A DNA stretch of 64,000 nt, taken from contig NC_058376.1 of assembly GCF_018350175.1 (NCBI RefSeq), positions 70,494,001 through 70,558,000 of the forward strand, written 5' to 3'. Numbering within the stretch: position 1 is the first letter of the stretch; each line of letters opens with the position of its first letter. This document shows positions 38,815-50,712 of the stretch, piece by piece. The notes beneath the pieces are model-generated. The model was not told the DNA's origin. It saw only the letters and a list, made by a program, of their open reading frames with translations, and searched no databases. The position numbers were made by a program, and so were the translations under genes. Source of the DNA: Felis catus (Eukaryota).

Positions 38815-39080
38815 GTGCAGCACTGTTATTTTGAGGTCCATCTGTATTGTTGCAGGTATCAATAGCTCATTCCTTTTTATTGTTGAGTAGTTTTACATGG
38901 ATGGTTATACCATAATTTATCTATTTGTCAGTTGATGAATATTTGAATTATTTCTAGTTCATGACTATTACAAATTAAACTGCTTTTAACAGTCATGCAC
39001 AAGTCTTTACATGTTTTCACTTCTCTGCAGCGGATAACCAGGAGGGAATGGCTGGGTGTATATTTAGGTTTCTTTCTTTT

Positions 39081-39192
39081 AAGCCTATATAGTATCTGGT
39101 ATTCCCAGGCAGTCGCCCATCCATGCACTAACCAGGCACAGCCCTGCTTACCTTCCAAGATCAGACACATTTACGGTGCTATGGCCATAGAC
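39081..39192 (-). pseudogene. 5S rRNA retropseudogene
   Basis: Reverse complement reads GTCTATGGCCATAGCACCGTAAATGTGTCTGATCTTGGAAGGTAAGCAGGGCTGTGCCTGGTTAGTGCATGGATGGGCGACTGCCTGGGAATACCAGATACTATATAGGCTT. This is colinear with mammalian 5S rRNA but has a ~10-nt internal deletion and many CpG transitions, and is followed by an A-rich tail (AAAAGAAAGAAA). Confidence 0.93.
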
Positions 39193-40135
39193 TGTTCAAT
39201 TTTTAAGAAATCATCCTACTGTTTTCCAAAATGGTTGCACAGTGTATGAGAGTTCCAGTTTTTCCACATCCTTGCCAGCATTTGTCACGGGCAGCCTTTT
39301 AAAGTTTCAACACCCTAGTAGCTTCTCCTCCTTTTTCTATCCCTATGTTATTTGAGGAGAGGATCATGAGCAAGGAAATAGCCACATGAAGGCAGGCAGA
39401 GGGAAGAGGGGAGAAGGACATGGAAACAAGATCAGCACAGTCCAGGCCACTGATGCGGCCTGATCAAGAGTAAAATGCTTCTCTGAGTCTGTGCCATGGG
39501 ACAAGTCCAGTCTCTAGCAAATGGTTATTTCTTATGATCATTCAGTCCACATGTTCGCTTACCACCTTCCGGGCCAAGGCCTGGAGCCTAAGACAAGAGT
39601 TCTAGAGGGATCTCAGCTTTGTAATGCTCCTCCCTGGCCACTGTAGAGCAGAAAAATGGGGAAGGTAGGGCAGGGAGATTCATTCATTGTCCAAGGGTTC
39701 TGATCTCACCCACACCCAGTACAGGGAGAAGACAATGGCATTTCTCTGCCCCCTGGAGAAGACTCACAGGTTGGGGTAGGGAGGAGGGGAGTTTCTAGAC
39801 CAAGTTTGCACCCATTCTGTGGTGGAAGGGGCAGCTTGCCCTGCTAAGGAATCCATCCTGCTCAGCCCTAAGAGAAATATGTCTCCTCTACTGACCGGGC
39901 CAAGAGGTTTCAATAGATAGGTATGGAGGGTAAGGAAGAATAAATAATACTGGAGCCTTCAGGAATTATGGACAAGTAAACTCTCTGTTAATAGCTTTTT
40001 AGTCAAAGCTAAGGCCATCTCTAAAGTCAGATAGACATCCTAGGAGCATATGCAGGCCATTTATAATACTGAGTTTTAGAAACCAAGCATTTATACCCCT
40101 AATGCGGGAGTGAGAAAGGATCCAAATTACTATAC

Positions 40136-40249
40136 CTGTAGCCGCTGGGAAGAACACCCCAAAAACAGTGAAAAAAGACTCTCCGGGGCTGTAATCTGGC
40201 AGGGTGTTGTTCTGTAGCAGTTCTGGTGAATACCCAATAAAACCGTGCT
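40136..40249 (-). CDS. SLC12A8: SLC12A8 internal coding exon (likely exon 6), 114 nt, phase 1-1: (E)[37 protein letters not shown](G)
   Basis: Translation matches recalled SLC12A8 and includes the CCC-family TM6 motif FFPAATG. Acceptor TATTATTTCAG|AG, donor ACAG|GTATAG. Phase joins the next exon (G|GA). Confidence 0.96.
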
Positions 40250-40362
40250 CTGAAATAATACAAAGGAGAGCAAAATGAGTCAAGTGAGAAGATACAGCAT
40301 GCAGGCTTCCCTAGATTACAGTCCTAGCTTATATAAATTTAAATATTAAAAGGTAGGGGTCT

Positions 40363-40713
40363 GAGGTGCCTGGGTGGCTCAGTTGGTTGAGCGTCTGACC
40401 CTTTTTTTTTTTTTTTAATTTTTTTTTTCAATGTTTATTTATTTTTGGGACAGAGAGAGACAGAGCATGAACGGGGGAGGGGCAGAGAGAGAGGGAGACA
40501 CAGAATCGGAAGCAGGCTCCAGGCTCTGAGCCATCAGCCCAGAGCCCGACGCGGGGCTCGAACTCACGGAGCGCGAGATCGTGACCTGGCTGAAGTCGGA
40601 CGCTTAACCGACTGCGCCACCCAGGCGCCCCGAGTGTCTGACTCTTGATTTTGGCTCAGGTCATGATCCCAGGGTCATGGGATAGAGCCCAGGGTCAGGC
40701 TCTGCGCTGACAG
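40363..40713 (+). mobile_element. Older CanSINE split by a nested young SINE
   Basis: Head at 40363-40401 resumes at 40632 and runs into the gap. Confidence 0.88.
40404..40631 (-). mobile_element. Young CanSINE (nested)
   Basis: CpG-rich, near-consensus copy with a long poly(T). Confidence 0.95.
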
Positions 40714-41349
40714 NNNNNNNNNNNNNNNNNNNNNNNNNNNNNNNNNNNNNNNNNNNNNNNNNNNNNNNNNNNNNNNNNNNNNNNNNNNNNNNNNNNNNNN
40801 NNNNNNNNNNNNNNNNNNNNNNNNNNNNNNNNNNNNNNNNNNNNNNNNNNNNNNNNNNNNNNNNTGTGAGAGAAAGGAAAAGGAAGAAGTCTGACAGAAT
40901 CGGCCTTAACACTTCCAGGGCTGGATTTTGTATGTCTTTATCTACAGATATAGGTAGATAAAATGACTTGAAGGAGAACAATAGTTACCTCTGGGAAAGG
41001 GAGCATTTTCTTTTTTCCTTTTCTTCTTTTTTCTTTACAGATTTCCGTATAGCTGGAATCTTTCACTGAGCGTGTATCTATGTATTTTCTGTTAATTGAA
41101 AAAATTAAGCTACCTTCCCTCTTCAAAAACCTTTCCACGGGTCCCTGCTAGCTGCAGAATATAGTCCAAACTCCTTAAGATGAATATCAAAGCCCTCTAC
41201 AACCAGGCATCATGCCACCATTTCCTGCCTTTCCTCTGCCCAGAAGTCACAAAAATGACTCTCCCCAAGAACACCAGTCATACCCATTCCTGTGTCCCTG
41301 CCTTCCAGACCCTTCTCCCACATCTCTAAGCATCAATGCCATGCTCACT

Positions 41350-41534
41350 TTTTTTTTTTTATGTTTATTGATTTGTGAGAGGGGGGAGGGACATAGGGAG
41401 AGGAGGATAGAGGATGTGAAGCAGATTCTGCACTGACAGCAGAGAGCCTGATGAGGGGCTCAAACTCATGAACTGTGAGATCATGACCTGAGCCATAGTC
41501 TGATGCTCAACTGACTGAGCCACTCAGGTGCCCC
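41350..41534 (-). mobile_element. CanSINE (older)
   Basis: Flanked by GCCATGCTCACT copies. Confidence 0.9.
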
Positions 41535-41550
41535 ATTGCCATGCTCACTC

Positions 41551-41781
41551 TTTTTTTTTTTTAATTTTTTTAAATGTTTATTTATTTTTGAGAGAGAAAG
41601 AGAGACTGAGTATGAGTGGGGGAGGGGCAGAGAGAGGGAGAGGGAGACACAGAATCCGAAGCAGGCTCCAGGCTCTGAGCTGTCAGCACAGAGCCCGATG
41701 CACGGCTCGAACTCACAAACCGCAAGATCATGACCTGAGCCGAAGTCGGACGCTTAACTGACTGAGCCACCCAGGCGCCCC
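41551..41781 (-). mobile_element. CanSINE
   Basis: Flanked by GCCATGCTCACT copies. Confidence 0.94.
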
Positions 41782-44700
41782 GCCATGCTCACTTTTAAAG
41801 CCCATCTCAAATGCTACTTCCTTTGGCTTTTACATCAACTCCTGATCAGAATCAATTCCTCTTAAGTGCCCTCATACTGTGACTGGCCATATTAGATCTT
41901 ACCCCAACTAGACTCCTTGGGGAGAGAAATCCAGTCTCACAAATGTCTGCCCTCAAGAGTCAAGCACTGTGCCTGTCACACAAGAGGTAGGTGGCAAATA
42001 TGGGTCACATTAAGAAGAATCTTTCTCTTAGATCTTGGCTATGGGCACATCTCGAATCCATGCTTTCACTTTGACTTGTTCATAGGCTGCTTTTTAGCAA
42101 GAACATCTCAGATCCGAGTTCTTCAAAGCATTTTAAACATTTGTACACTGACTTCAATAAAATTTTTCAGGTGGTTTTAAGCCTATTTTGTTTCTTTGTC
42201 AAAGGAGGTCACTTTGAAGAGCATCTGTGACATGTTAGTGGGCTGTGGAAGTTTAAGATCCAGATCAAGTATTCTTAGGCTCAGGAACATCCAGGATATC
42301 CAGCCTCTGCTTTTGAATCTCATCTCTGAGAATGAGTTAGTTTGTTCCTGTTAACTATAGCCTAAGAGAAGCCAGTCCTGCCCTCCTTCCCTCAACCCCC
42401 ACAACCACATAGGATGGGCGTCTAGCCACCACTCCAGCCGACCCCTGGAGCTGTGGTGACAGAATTTCCTGCCCGACTGTCCTCCACCTACCTCAGGGCT
42501 TAGCTTCCCCCTGGGCCTCAATCCACAAAAGAGCTCCTGCTCACTCATGAGCCCAGTGAGATCACCAGCGCTTTTCACAGCTTCCAAGATTCATAACTTA
42601 ATAGGAAAAATATTTTTAAAAAAAATAATAAAATGAAAGCTCAGTGAAGCACAAGGGACCCTTGGGAGTCCGGTCAGGACTTAAAATCACTGTCGATTGC
42701 TTTCTTCTGCCTGAATGCGGAATTTGTCCTGAGACATTAAATCCCAAGTACTGTGCAACATTTCTGAATGGTTTGGCATCTTCACAGCTGGTCTTCCCCT
42801 CATTAACAAAAAAGCAATAATGGCTGAGTTAACTTTAGTTTATCCGCTGGCTGACCCCACTGACTAGCCTTTCTGAGGTGAACACCAAGCCCAGCCTGCC
42901 TTGGAACAGAGTTCAGCCAAGCTGGAATGCTGCACAGGTCTGAAGGCCCATCTGAATGCACGGCTGTGGGCATGCTGGGCGGGCCAGCCGTGCAGGACAG
43001 AAACACCTCATCAGGCTTCACTGATCCCTGCAGAGGAGGCCCACGGGAGCTCAGTCAGAGAGGGGTATATGAAGGCTTTGCCCAGGCCCCATGGATGAGT
43101 CTTCTCTCCCTCCACCCCACCAAGAACCACAGATTGAGAGCCTAAGTCACTTGGCTCTCATGGGGGTCTGTGAGGAGGCCTGCCTCATCCCCTGTCTCTG
43201 CAGGGCCTATGACAGATGCGGCCCCACGCATTCCCCAGCACACGCTCACGCCGACATGCTGCTGAGACAGCCCTCTCCCTTCAGATGTGCTTCTGAATCC
43301 TTCCCAAGGAAATCATCTTAACTTTGAAAAGAACTTTATGGACAGAAACATTTCAGTGCTTTACTTATAATGATGTAAAATGGGGAGTCTAAATGCCTAA
43401 CTATGGGGAACTGAAGTATTTTAAACGTTTATAAAGGGCTTTTAGCACCACAGAAAATTGTCCATGTTATGTACGATACATGGTGAAGCAAGAAACCTGG
43501 ATACCATTTATAAACCAAAAGAGTTTCAATATACACGTGTAAGAAAAGACTAGAAGGAAACCTACAACATACTAACTATGGATATCTATATAATGCAATT
43601 ATAAGCAATTTCTCTTTTCTTTTTACAAGTGTTCCACATTGTCTTTCACAAGTTAAAATCGACTTACCAAAAAAACAACTATTTCTTTCAGAAAAACAAA
43701 CAAAACATCCCAGGACTGAAAGCCTACCTTCTCTAGACAACTTCTTTGTAAACAAGTATCTTTACTTTCTTTCTTTCTTTCTTTTTTTCTATTTATACTC
43801 TATCTGCTTCTAGAAATGATTTCAGTGATTTATGAGAAAAAATANNNNNNNNNNNNNNNNNNNNNNNNNNNNNNNNNNNNNNNNNNNNNNNNNNNNNNNN
43901 NNNNNNNNNNNNNNNNNNNNNNNNNNNNNNNNNNNNNNNNNNNNNNNNNNNNNNNNNNNNNNNNNNNNNNNNNNNNNNNNNNNNNNNNNNNNNNNNNNNN
44001 NNNNNNNNNNNNNNNNNNNNNNNNNNNNNNNNNNNNNNNNNNNNNNNNNNNNNNNNNNNNACAGGGCTGAGCAGATCCCACCTGCGAATAGACTAAAATG
44101 AACCCAGCCACACCTCCATGAGACACGCCTGAGGTCTCCAAATAAGGCCCTGAGGTAAGATCCTGCAGTGCTCACCCTCAGACTAGAACCCAAGGCCCAG
44201 AGAGATCATTTGATGACTATTTGGTCAAGCCCACTCAGGCAGGGACAGACCTCAGGCACAAGTGCCACTTTCCAATGGACGAGAAGGAGCTCCAGAAGCT
44301 TGCGTAATGGACCTGCTTCATTTCCTCCGCCTTTACCTTCCCAGGCCCTTATGACTCCCACCCCCTTACAACCTCACCACCTCAGGCCCCCAGTCCTGAG
44401 CCAGCCCCCAACGAGGTTTGGCCCTACTGGTCCCCACCCCAACTTCTGGGGACCCAGTCTCTATCCCACACCCCAAGCCAAGTCAAGCTGAACCTCAAGC
44501 TTATGGCAGGGTGGGTGCCCAGTTCAGGCACTGATGTCCCTGCCTGGCTTGTACTTGCTGGCTGAGGCATGGGGTGAGATCAGCTGGTCCTATCCAGGGC
44601 ACAGGGCTGAGAGGACCCCACCTGCCATGTCCTCTTACCGTGCGTCCTCAAGCCTGATGTACTGACATCCAGAACAAAGGTTCTTAATTTGGCTAGTTTT

Positions 44701-45064
44701 GGCCCCATTTGAGAATCTGTTGAAAGCTGTCCCCACGGACAGCACATTTTACACATCATTTGGAGGTTCCCAGGCCTTTGAAGTCTCTTTGAGGGACATG
44801 TACCCCGAAGTTCAGGACTTCCACACTAGGGCTGCTTCTGCACCTGAGACTTCCACCAGGCCGTGCACCCCTACAGCGTCCCATGCCCTGACTGCTACCA
44901 TGCCCTGCCTCGCAGTGGCAGCAGCCCCAGGTGACACAGCCGGCAAAGTTTCATACCGCAGTCCTTGCCAGGCAGTGAGGAGTCTCTCTGTGCACAGGAT
45001 TGTGCAGGTTCCATCTTCAAGGACATCACAGGGCAACCTCTCTTCTGAACACACTGACGTGCAG

Positions 45065-45220
45065 CCCTTTATTGAGCACCTCCTATGCACCAATTACTGG
45101 GAAGTAAGTCCTCTACAATGTCATCCCCGATTCCCATAACTACCCTGCAAGATCAGATATAAGGACAGTTGGCTCAGGAAGGCACAGAATCTTGTCCAAG
45201 GTCACACAGCCAGACCTGCC
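45065..45220 (-). mobile_element. MIR
   Basis: TTTATTGAGCACCTCCTATGCACC..CTTGTCCAAGGTCACACAGC. Confidence 0.65.
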
Positions 45221-47505
45221 TGTATTACAGCTATTGCCTCTCCTGTAGGAGACCAGTTCCCAGATCCCCAGCACTGCCCTCCCCACCAAGAGGGAGCCAG
45301 CTTTGGTCCTGGGCAGGCCTGTGGTCTGTGGGACAAACTCTTCTGGGGACATCTTTTCTCCAGGGGGATAGTGCTAAGGCATACAGCATAGATTCTCATC
45401 AACCCCTGAAACCCACCCCCCCCCCAAACATCACAGGATCTCCCTCTCTCCATCTGCAGGGGGCTAACAGAGGGTCTCCCCTGTGGAATGCCACATGTAC
45501 CAAGGGGTATATGACTGGCTGAGGCTTGAATAGCTGGAAGAAGGCAGAGCCTAGCTTGGACCCAGATCTGTCTGAATTCAAAGTTTTCCATCTACCATAC
45601 TGTCTCTCTGTAATTCATCCTGAGCTGTTTCCCCAGAGATCTCTAAGGCTTGTGTTTTTGCCCCTGTAAACCTCTCAGTTCCTCTGCTGGTTAAACAGGG
45701 AGCCAATCTGGGGCATTCTCAGCTGACATCTTCCAACTCTGAAAGGCCTGGGATGCTCAGTGCCTGCACCTGCCACATGTGAATGTATCTGGGTTTGACC
45801 CGAACATCTGTTTCTGTATTTACCAAAAATACTTTGGCCCCATTTGAGCTATGTGCTTTTAGGAACAACAAAAACAGAATGGGGGTGGAGTGGGGAGACA
45901 TAGAGGGAGAAAATAAATCAAGACAAAGTCCAGGCAGGAACGGGCAGAGGGAAGGTGCTTGAAGGTCATCTACAGAAAGCCCTGGCCTTTCTTCCCAGAA
46001 TCTGGTAACACAGCTCCTCTGGTTGCCATGAGTGGGCCCTGATTCTGCAGGGTCTGCTGTCTGCTCCCAAGGAGTACTCATGGGAACCCAGCCACCTTGC
46101 CCTGGCCCAAGGCTGTCTGCCCTGGTCACAAGTTGTGACAAACCGCAGCTCCCAAGCCCTCTGGTCAGGTGGCTGCTGGGAAGCTTCCTGTGGCACCTGT
46201 CGCTCCCCCACTCCTGCCGGCCCCACCTCTGGGGTCTGCTGAAATTAGAAGAGGCAGTCGGGAAGTCATCAGCCCCCACATGTGGGTGTCAGATTGCTGC
46301 TGCTGACTAACTTAGAAAGTGAGATTTCTAAAAATGACACTGGCAATGGGGCAGGGGTGGGGGGCACCTTGCTGTGAGTAGAGCTGGGGGGGTGTGGGGG
46401 CAGGCAGGGGCTTCCGGCGCCGGCACCGGCTTTCTTCTTGGCTCAGGTCCCTCACTCCGCCCCCAACCCCGACCAGCAAGACAGCCCTTTCCTGGGAATG
46501 GACAATGGGAGAGGTTGGTCCAACCAGGAATAGAAAGAGCGGAGGAAGGGCCTGGGAGAGAGGAAGGCAGGGAGGGCCCCAGAGGGCGGGCTGGGGCCTG
46601 AGGGATCACAGGAAGAGCAACTCTGCAAGGAAAAGGAAAGGAGAGGCCGAGGTTCTGGGAAGGGACACACACCAAAACAACGTGGTGGAGGAGTGGGGGA
46701 GGGATGGGGACAAGGCCACGAGGAGAGGGGCCAGCAGAGGCTCCCAGTCGAGGAGGAAGTACAGTAGGCCTGCAGTAGGGGAAACACGAATTGGGTGCCT
46801 CTCCCAGGAGCCCAGCATCATGCTGCACACGCACCCCTCCCCTCAGGCCCTCCCTGATGGTGGTGCTGGAATGGTGGCCTGAGGGTCCGCCCAACCTCCG
46901 GGGCTGTTGTGACCACTCTAGGTTGTCACCCCGTGGGGAGAGATCTGCAGCTTAAGGGAGACAACAGGTCTGAAATAGCCTCACAAAGATAGGTCAGTGA
47001 AAAAGGGAAGAAAGAGAGTGTCCAGGGCCCCATCCTGCTACTAAGTGCCCCACAGAGTTCTTGCCCAAGCAGCCCCCCAATTTACTCAGACACTGCCCAA
47101 CCCCAGACAGTCCAAGGTGGACAAAGATGGGCAGTTCAACCTGCATGCCTCTGCCTGCTTGCACTGGCCAGTGGAGTTTTTCCTCCTCTGGGCTGTGGTG
47201 TTAGCTCCCGGGAGCTGCAAAGGGGCGGGCGGTCAACTTGGGCCCAAAGAGCATGGATTTGGGAGAAGAGAACCAAGAGTCTAGATACAGGGGTTGGTGC
47301 CCTGGTTCCTGGGGGACAGTGAGTGAGTCCTTTTTCCCTTTGAAATACAAATTCTGACTGTCACTCTGGGATGAGCCCAAGGTTCCGCACCCCTACTGAG
47401 CGCCCAGGTGATGCAGACCACACACCCAGGTGCAGGTGCAGGGCCTACCAGGTGATGTTTTAGATCCCTTCTAATTCTGAAAGTGGCCCAGCCAGAAGCC
47501 CACTC

Positions 47506-47711
47506 TTTTTTTTTTTTAATGTTTATTTTTGAGAGAGAAAGCATGAGCAGGGGAGGGGCGGAGAAGCCATGGGGGCAGGGGGGACAGAAGATCTGAAGCA
47601 GGCTCTGTGCTAATAGCGGAGAATCTGATGTGGAGCTCAAACTCATGAACTGTGAGATCATGACCTGAGCCGAAGTCGGACGCTTAACAAGCTAAGCCAC
47701 CCAGGCGCCCC
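47506..47711 (-). mobile_element. CanSINE
   Basis: Reverse SINE consensus. Confidence 0.92.
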
Positions 47712-50458
47712 CCCAAGAAGCTCATTCTTAACACTCAGTACCCAGAGTCCAATTATACCACTGATTTCCAGCAGCAGACCTAAAATCCCAAACTAGCTTC
47801 TAGAACATCACAGCACCACCCCCTACCTCCCTGATGCCCCCTCCCTTCCCTGTGGTGGTGATACAACATGTGCTACAGAACTGTGACATCAGCTTGCCGT
47901 CACATTCCTGAATATGTTAAGGAAACAAAGCAATTATGGATTACAAGTACTGCTACTAGGTCTCCTGTTGGTTATTACAGCATCTTGGGTGCCCTCCATT
48001 AGTGCAGATAACGAACCTTCATGGTCTAATCCGTGGACCCATTTTGACAACTGAGCTCAGAGATGCAAACCAGCTATGCAAAGCATGAGAGCTGGAAGCA
48101 GAACTGTGGCCCTAGCTTGGAGTCCAGCCCGGAGCCCACAGAGTACGGAGCCCCAGTCTGCAGGGCTATCTCATTAAACTGGGTCATAACAATCTCAGTC
48201 CATTACAGGTACTCCACAGAAGTGCTCTGAGCTTGAACTGGGTCAGGCTGTATTGGTTGGGGCTGTGTTGACCACAGACTGGAGAGACAGAAGGGAAATG
48301 ATGATAGGTTTGGAAGAGGCTCCCAAGATGCCCACCCACAGCACAGCTTTCCTTCCCCACGGGAGTTCTGGGCGGCGAGCTGCTAGCCTTCCCCACACCA
48401 CAGTCTCCTCTCTGGCTTTGGCCTCTTTGGAGTTTGGTCCTCCAAAGAGAGGGTGGGGAGAGGATGTGAGCAGGGTTTCCAGCTCCCAGGCCCCCACCCA
48501 GAGAGAAAATACACAGAGGGAGGGCTGGGCATTCCAGCAGTGGCCAGAAGGGAAGTCTGAAGTGGGGCCGTGCCTGCCCAGAGGGCACAGGGAGGAGCAG
48601 TCTGGAGCCTCGAGGCCCCTGGGGATGGCCTCCACCCTGAAGGACAACTGGCTGGCGGGAACAGTGCCGGAAAGCCCCCAAGGCTGGGCAACCCAAGGGA
48701 TGAAGGGTCTGCGGGGAGAGGTTAGGGGTGCCCCCTTGGAAGGGGGTGGCTGAAAGTTTCCCATAACAAGAGAGGCTCCTGCCAACCCTTACAATCCCTA
48801 CAATCTAGGATGGACTGTTCAGAGATTCTTTCTGAGCAAAGGAGTCCTCACTTGTGAAAGGGAGGAAGAACCTTGTCTTGACAAAGAATGATGTCTAATA
48901 CCCAAGAAATTGTTCAGTCTGCTGAAATGGACTCTATTTTAAATGCTTAATGAATCTTTTCTTGCCTTGGGGTCAGCCAGCTGAGATAAGAAATTTTTGC
49001 CTGGAGATGCCTACAGAGAAAAGAACTGTCAAATGCCCCAGAACATGAAAGGGCCTGACTTTGGTGGGAACTTTTCCTGGGCCCAGGAAACAAAGAGGTA
49101 TCTTGGGATAAGACTAGCAATTGCCACACACCCTGAGTAAGGCTTTATCCCGGTCACTATTCTAAGCCCTTTAAGTATATTAGCTCAGAAGGATCCTACA
49201 AGATAGGTGCATTTTTCAGGTAAAGAAATCAAAGCACAGAGGAGGCTAGATTCAACCCTTGGCTGCCACTGCTGGGGTCAGTGCTCACTCAAGGATGCAG
49301 GGAGCCTGGGAGGGGAGCCAGGAGCATGAGCTGGTCAGGCTGGGGCCCCGACTGAGGGGGCTACAGAGTCTCCAGTGGCTGCTCACAGCTCAAAGGAACC
49401 CTGAGAGGAAAATCGGGCCTTCTTATCTCCTAGGGTAAAGGAATGCACTCTCCCGCCAGGATAAGTGGCTGTTTTGACAGGAAATCTCCACCCTGGCTGT
49501 GGGTTCCACCCAGCCACCACTTACTCCTTCTGGCCGTCCTGGCCTCTGACATCCCAAGTCCCATCCTGCTTAAACTCCAGGCCCAGAGACCCCGAAATAA
49601 TCCTAACCCAACTGGTAGTCCCCCAAATGGGCTGTTCCTACACAACTCTAGCCCCTTTGGCCGTCAAGAGTTCTGACCTTCCCTAGTCTTGCCTGGACAC
49701 CCTCTAGGGGTGTCCCTCTAGGCAACTAAGAAGGGGGGTGGGGGGTAAGAGGTTAAGTGGCCTCCCGCAGGGGGTTGTCAGCAAGACAATCACAGTTGTG
49801 TCAGCAAGCCCACCCTCCTGCCAGGCACTCTGCTGGAAATACTCAAATTCCCAGACGCCCCTTCCTCTCCCCACTTCTACAGCCATAGGTACCTCTTTCC
49901 CACCACACGCCCTACCCAAAAAAGAAGGGAAGCAAATGTTCTCTTAGAATTCCATAGCAGAAGATTCAGCATCATAGGACCATGAAATGATAGTGCCACA
50001 GAGGCCTTTAGCCTCAAATCCATTTTACAGATGGGAAGACTGAGGCCTGAAAAAGAACCCCGCACAGTTAACGGCTGGTCAGGCAAGACCAGAACCCAGT
50101 GTGGCCAAGCCCCCATCCAGTGTGCCCGGTAGGTCCTCACAAGTCCTGTGACAGCACTCATCTCTCTGTTGTCCCTGCCTGGCTACCTACCAGGTGGGGG
50201 CAAGAACCATGCTGTCTTATTTCCTGGTGTGTCTCCAGTGTCTAGACCCAGGAAACATACAAAACCCATAAAATATTNNNNNNNNNNNNNNNNNNNNNNN
50301 NNNNNNNNNNNNNNNNNNNNNNNNNNNNNNNNNNNNNNNNNNNNNNNNNNNNNNNNNNNNNNNNNNNNNNNNNNNNNNNNNNNNNNNNNNNNNNNNNNNN
50401 NNNNNNNNNNNNNNNNNNNNNNNNNNNNNNNNNNNNNNNNNNNNNNNNNNNNNNNNNN

Positions 50459-50712
50459 TATGGTAAGGTTCCAGTTACACAAAACATCTAGAACAGGCAA
50501 ATTCATAAAGACAAAATAGAATAGAGGTCACCAGGGGCTGTGGGGGAGGGATGGGTAGTTATTGCTTAATAGACATAGTTTCTTAGAAGCAGAAAGTCAT
50601 CATGGTTGCACAACGTGAGGAATGTAATAAATGCCACTGGATTGTACATTTAAAAAATGGTTGAAATGGCAAATTTTATGTCACATATGTTTAACCTCAA
50701 TAAAACATAAAC
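50459..50712 (+). mobile_element. L1MB-type 3'UTR fragment
   Basis: TAGAACAGGCAAATTCATAAG..ATGGTTGCACAAC..AATGCCACTGGATTGTACATTTAAAA. Confidence 0.8.

Larger units (their letters stand above)
38285..39310 (-). mobile_element. Old L1M 3' fragment hosting a SINE and the 5S pseudogene
   Basis: ACAGCTTTACTGAGGTGTAA.., TCATTCCTTTTTATTGTTGAGTAG, GTATGAGAGTTCCAGTTTTTCCACATCCTTGCCAGCA. Confidence 0.85.

Noticed and set aside
45719-48785. Long (160-190 aa) overlapping ORFs on both strands
   Set aside because: GC-rich, Pro/Gly/Ser-biased, no recognisable domain or splice structure; expected by chance.
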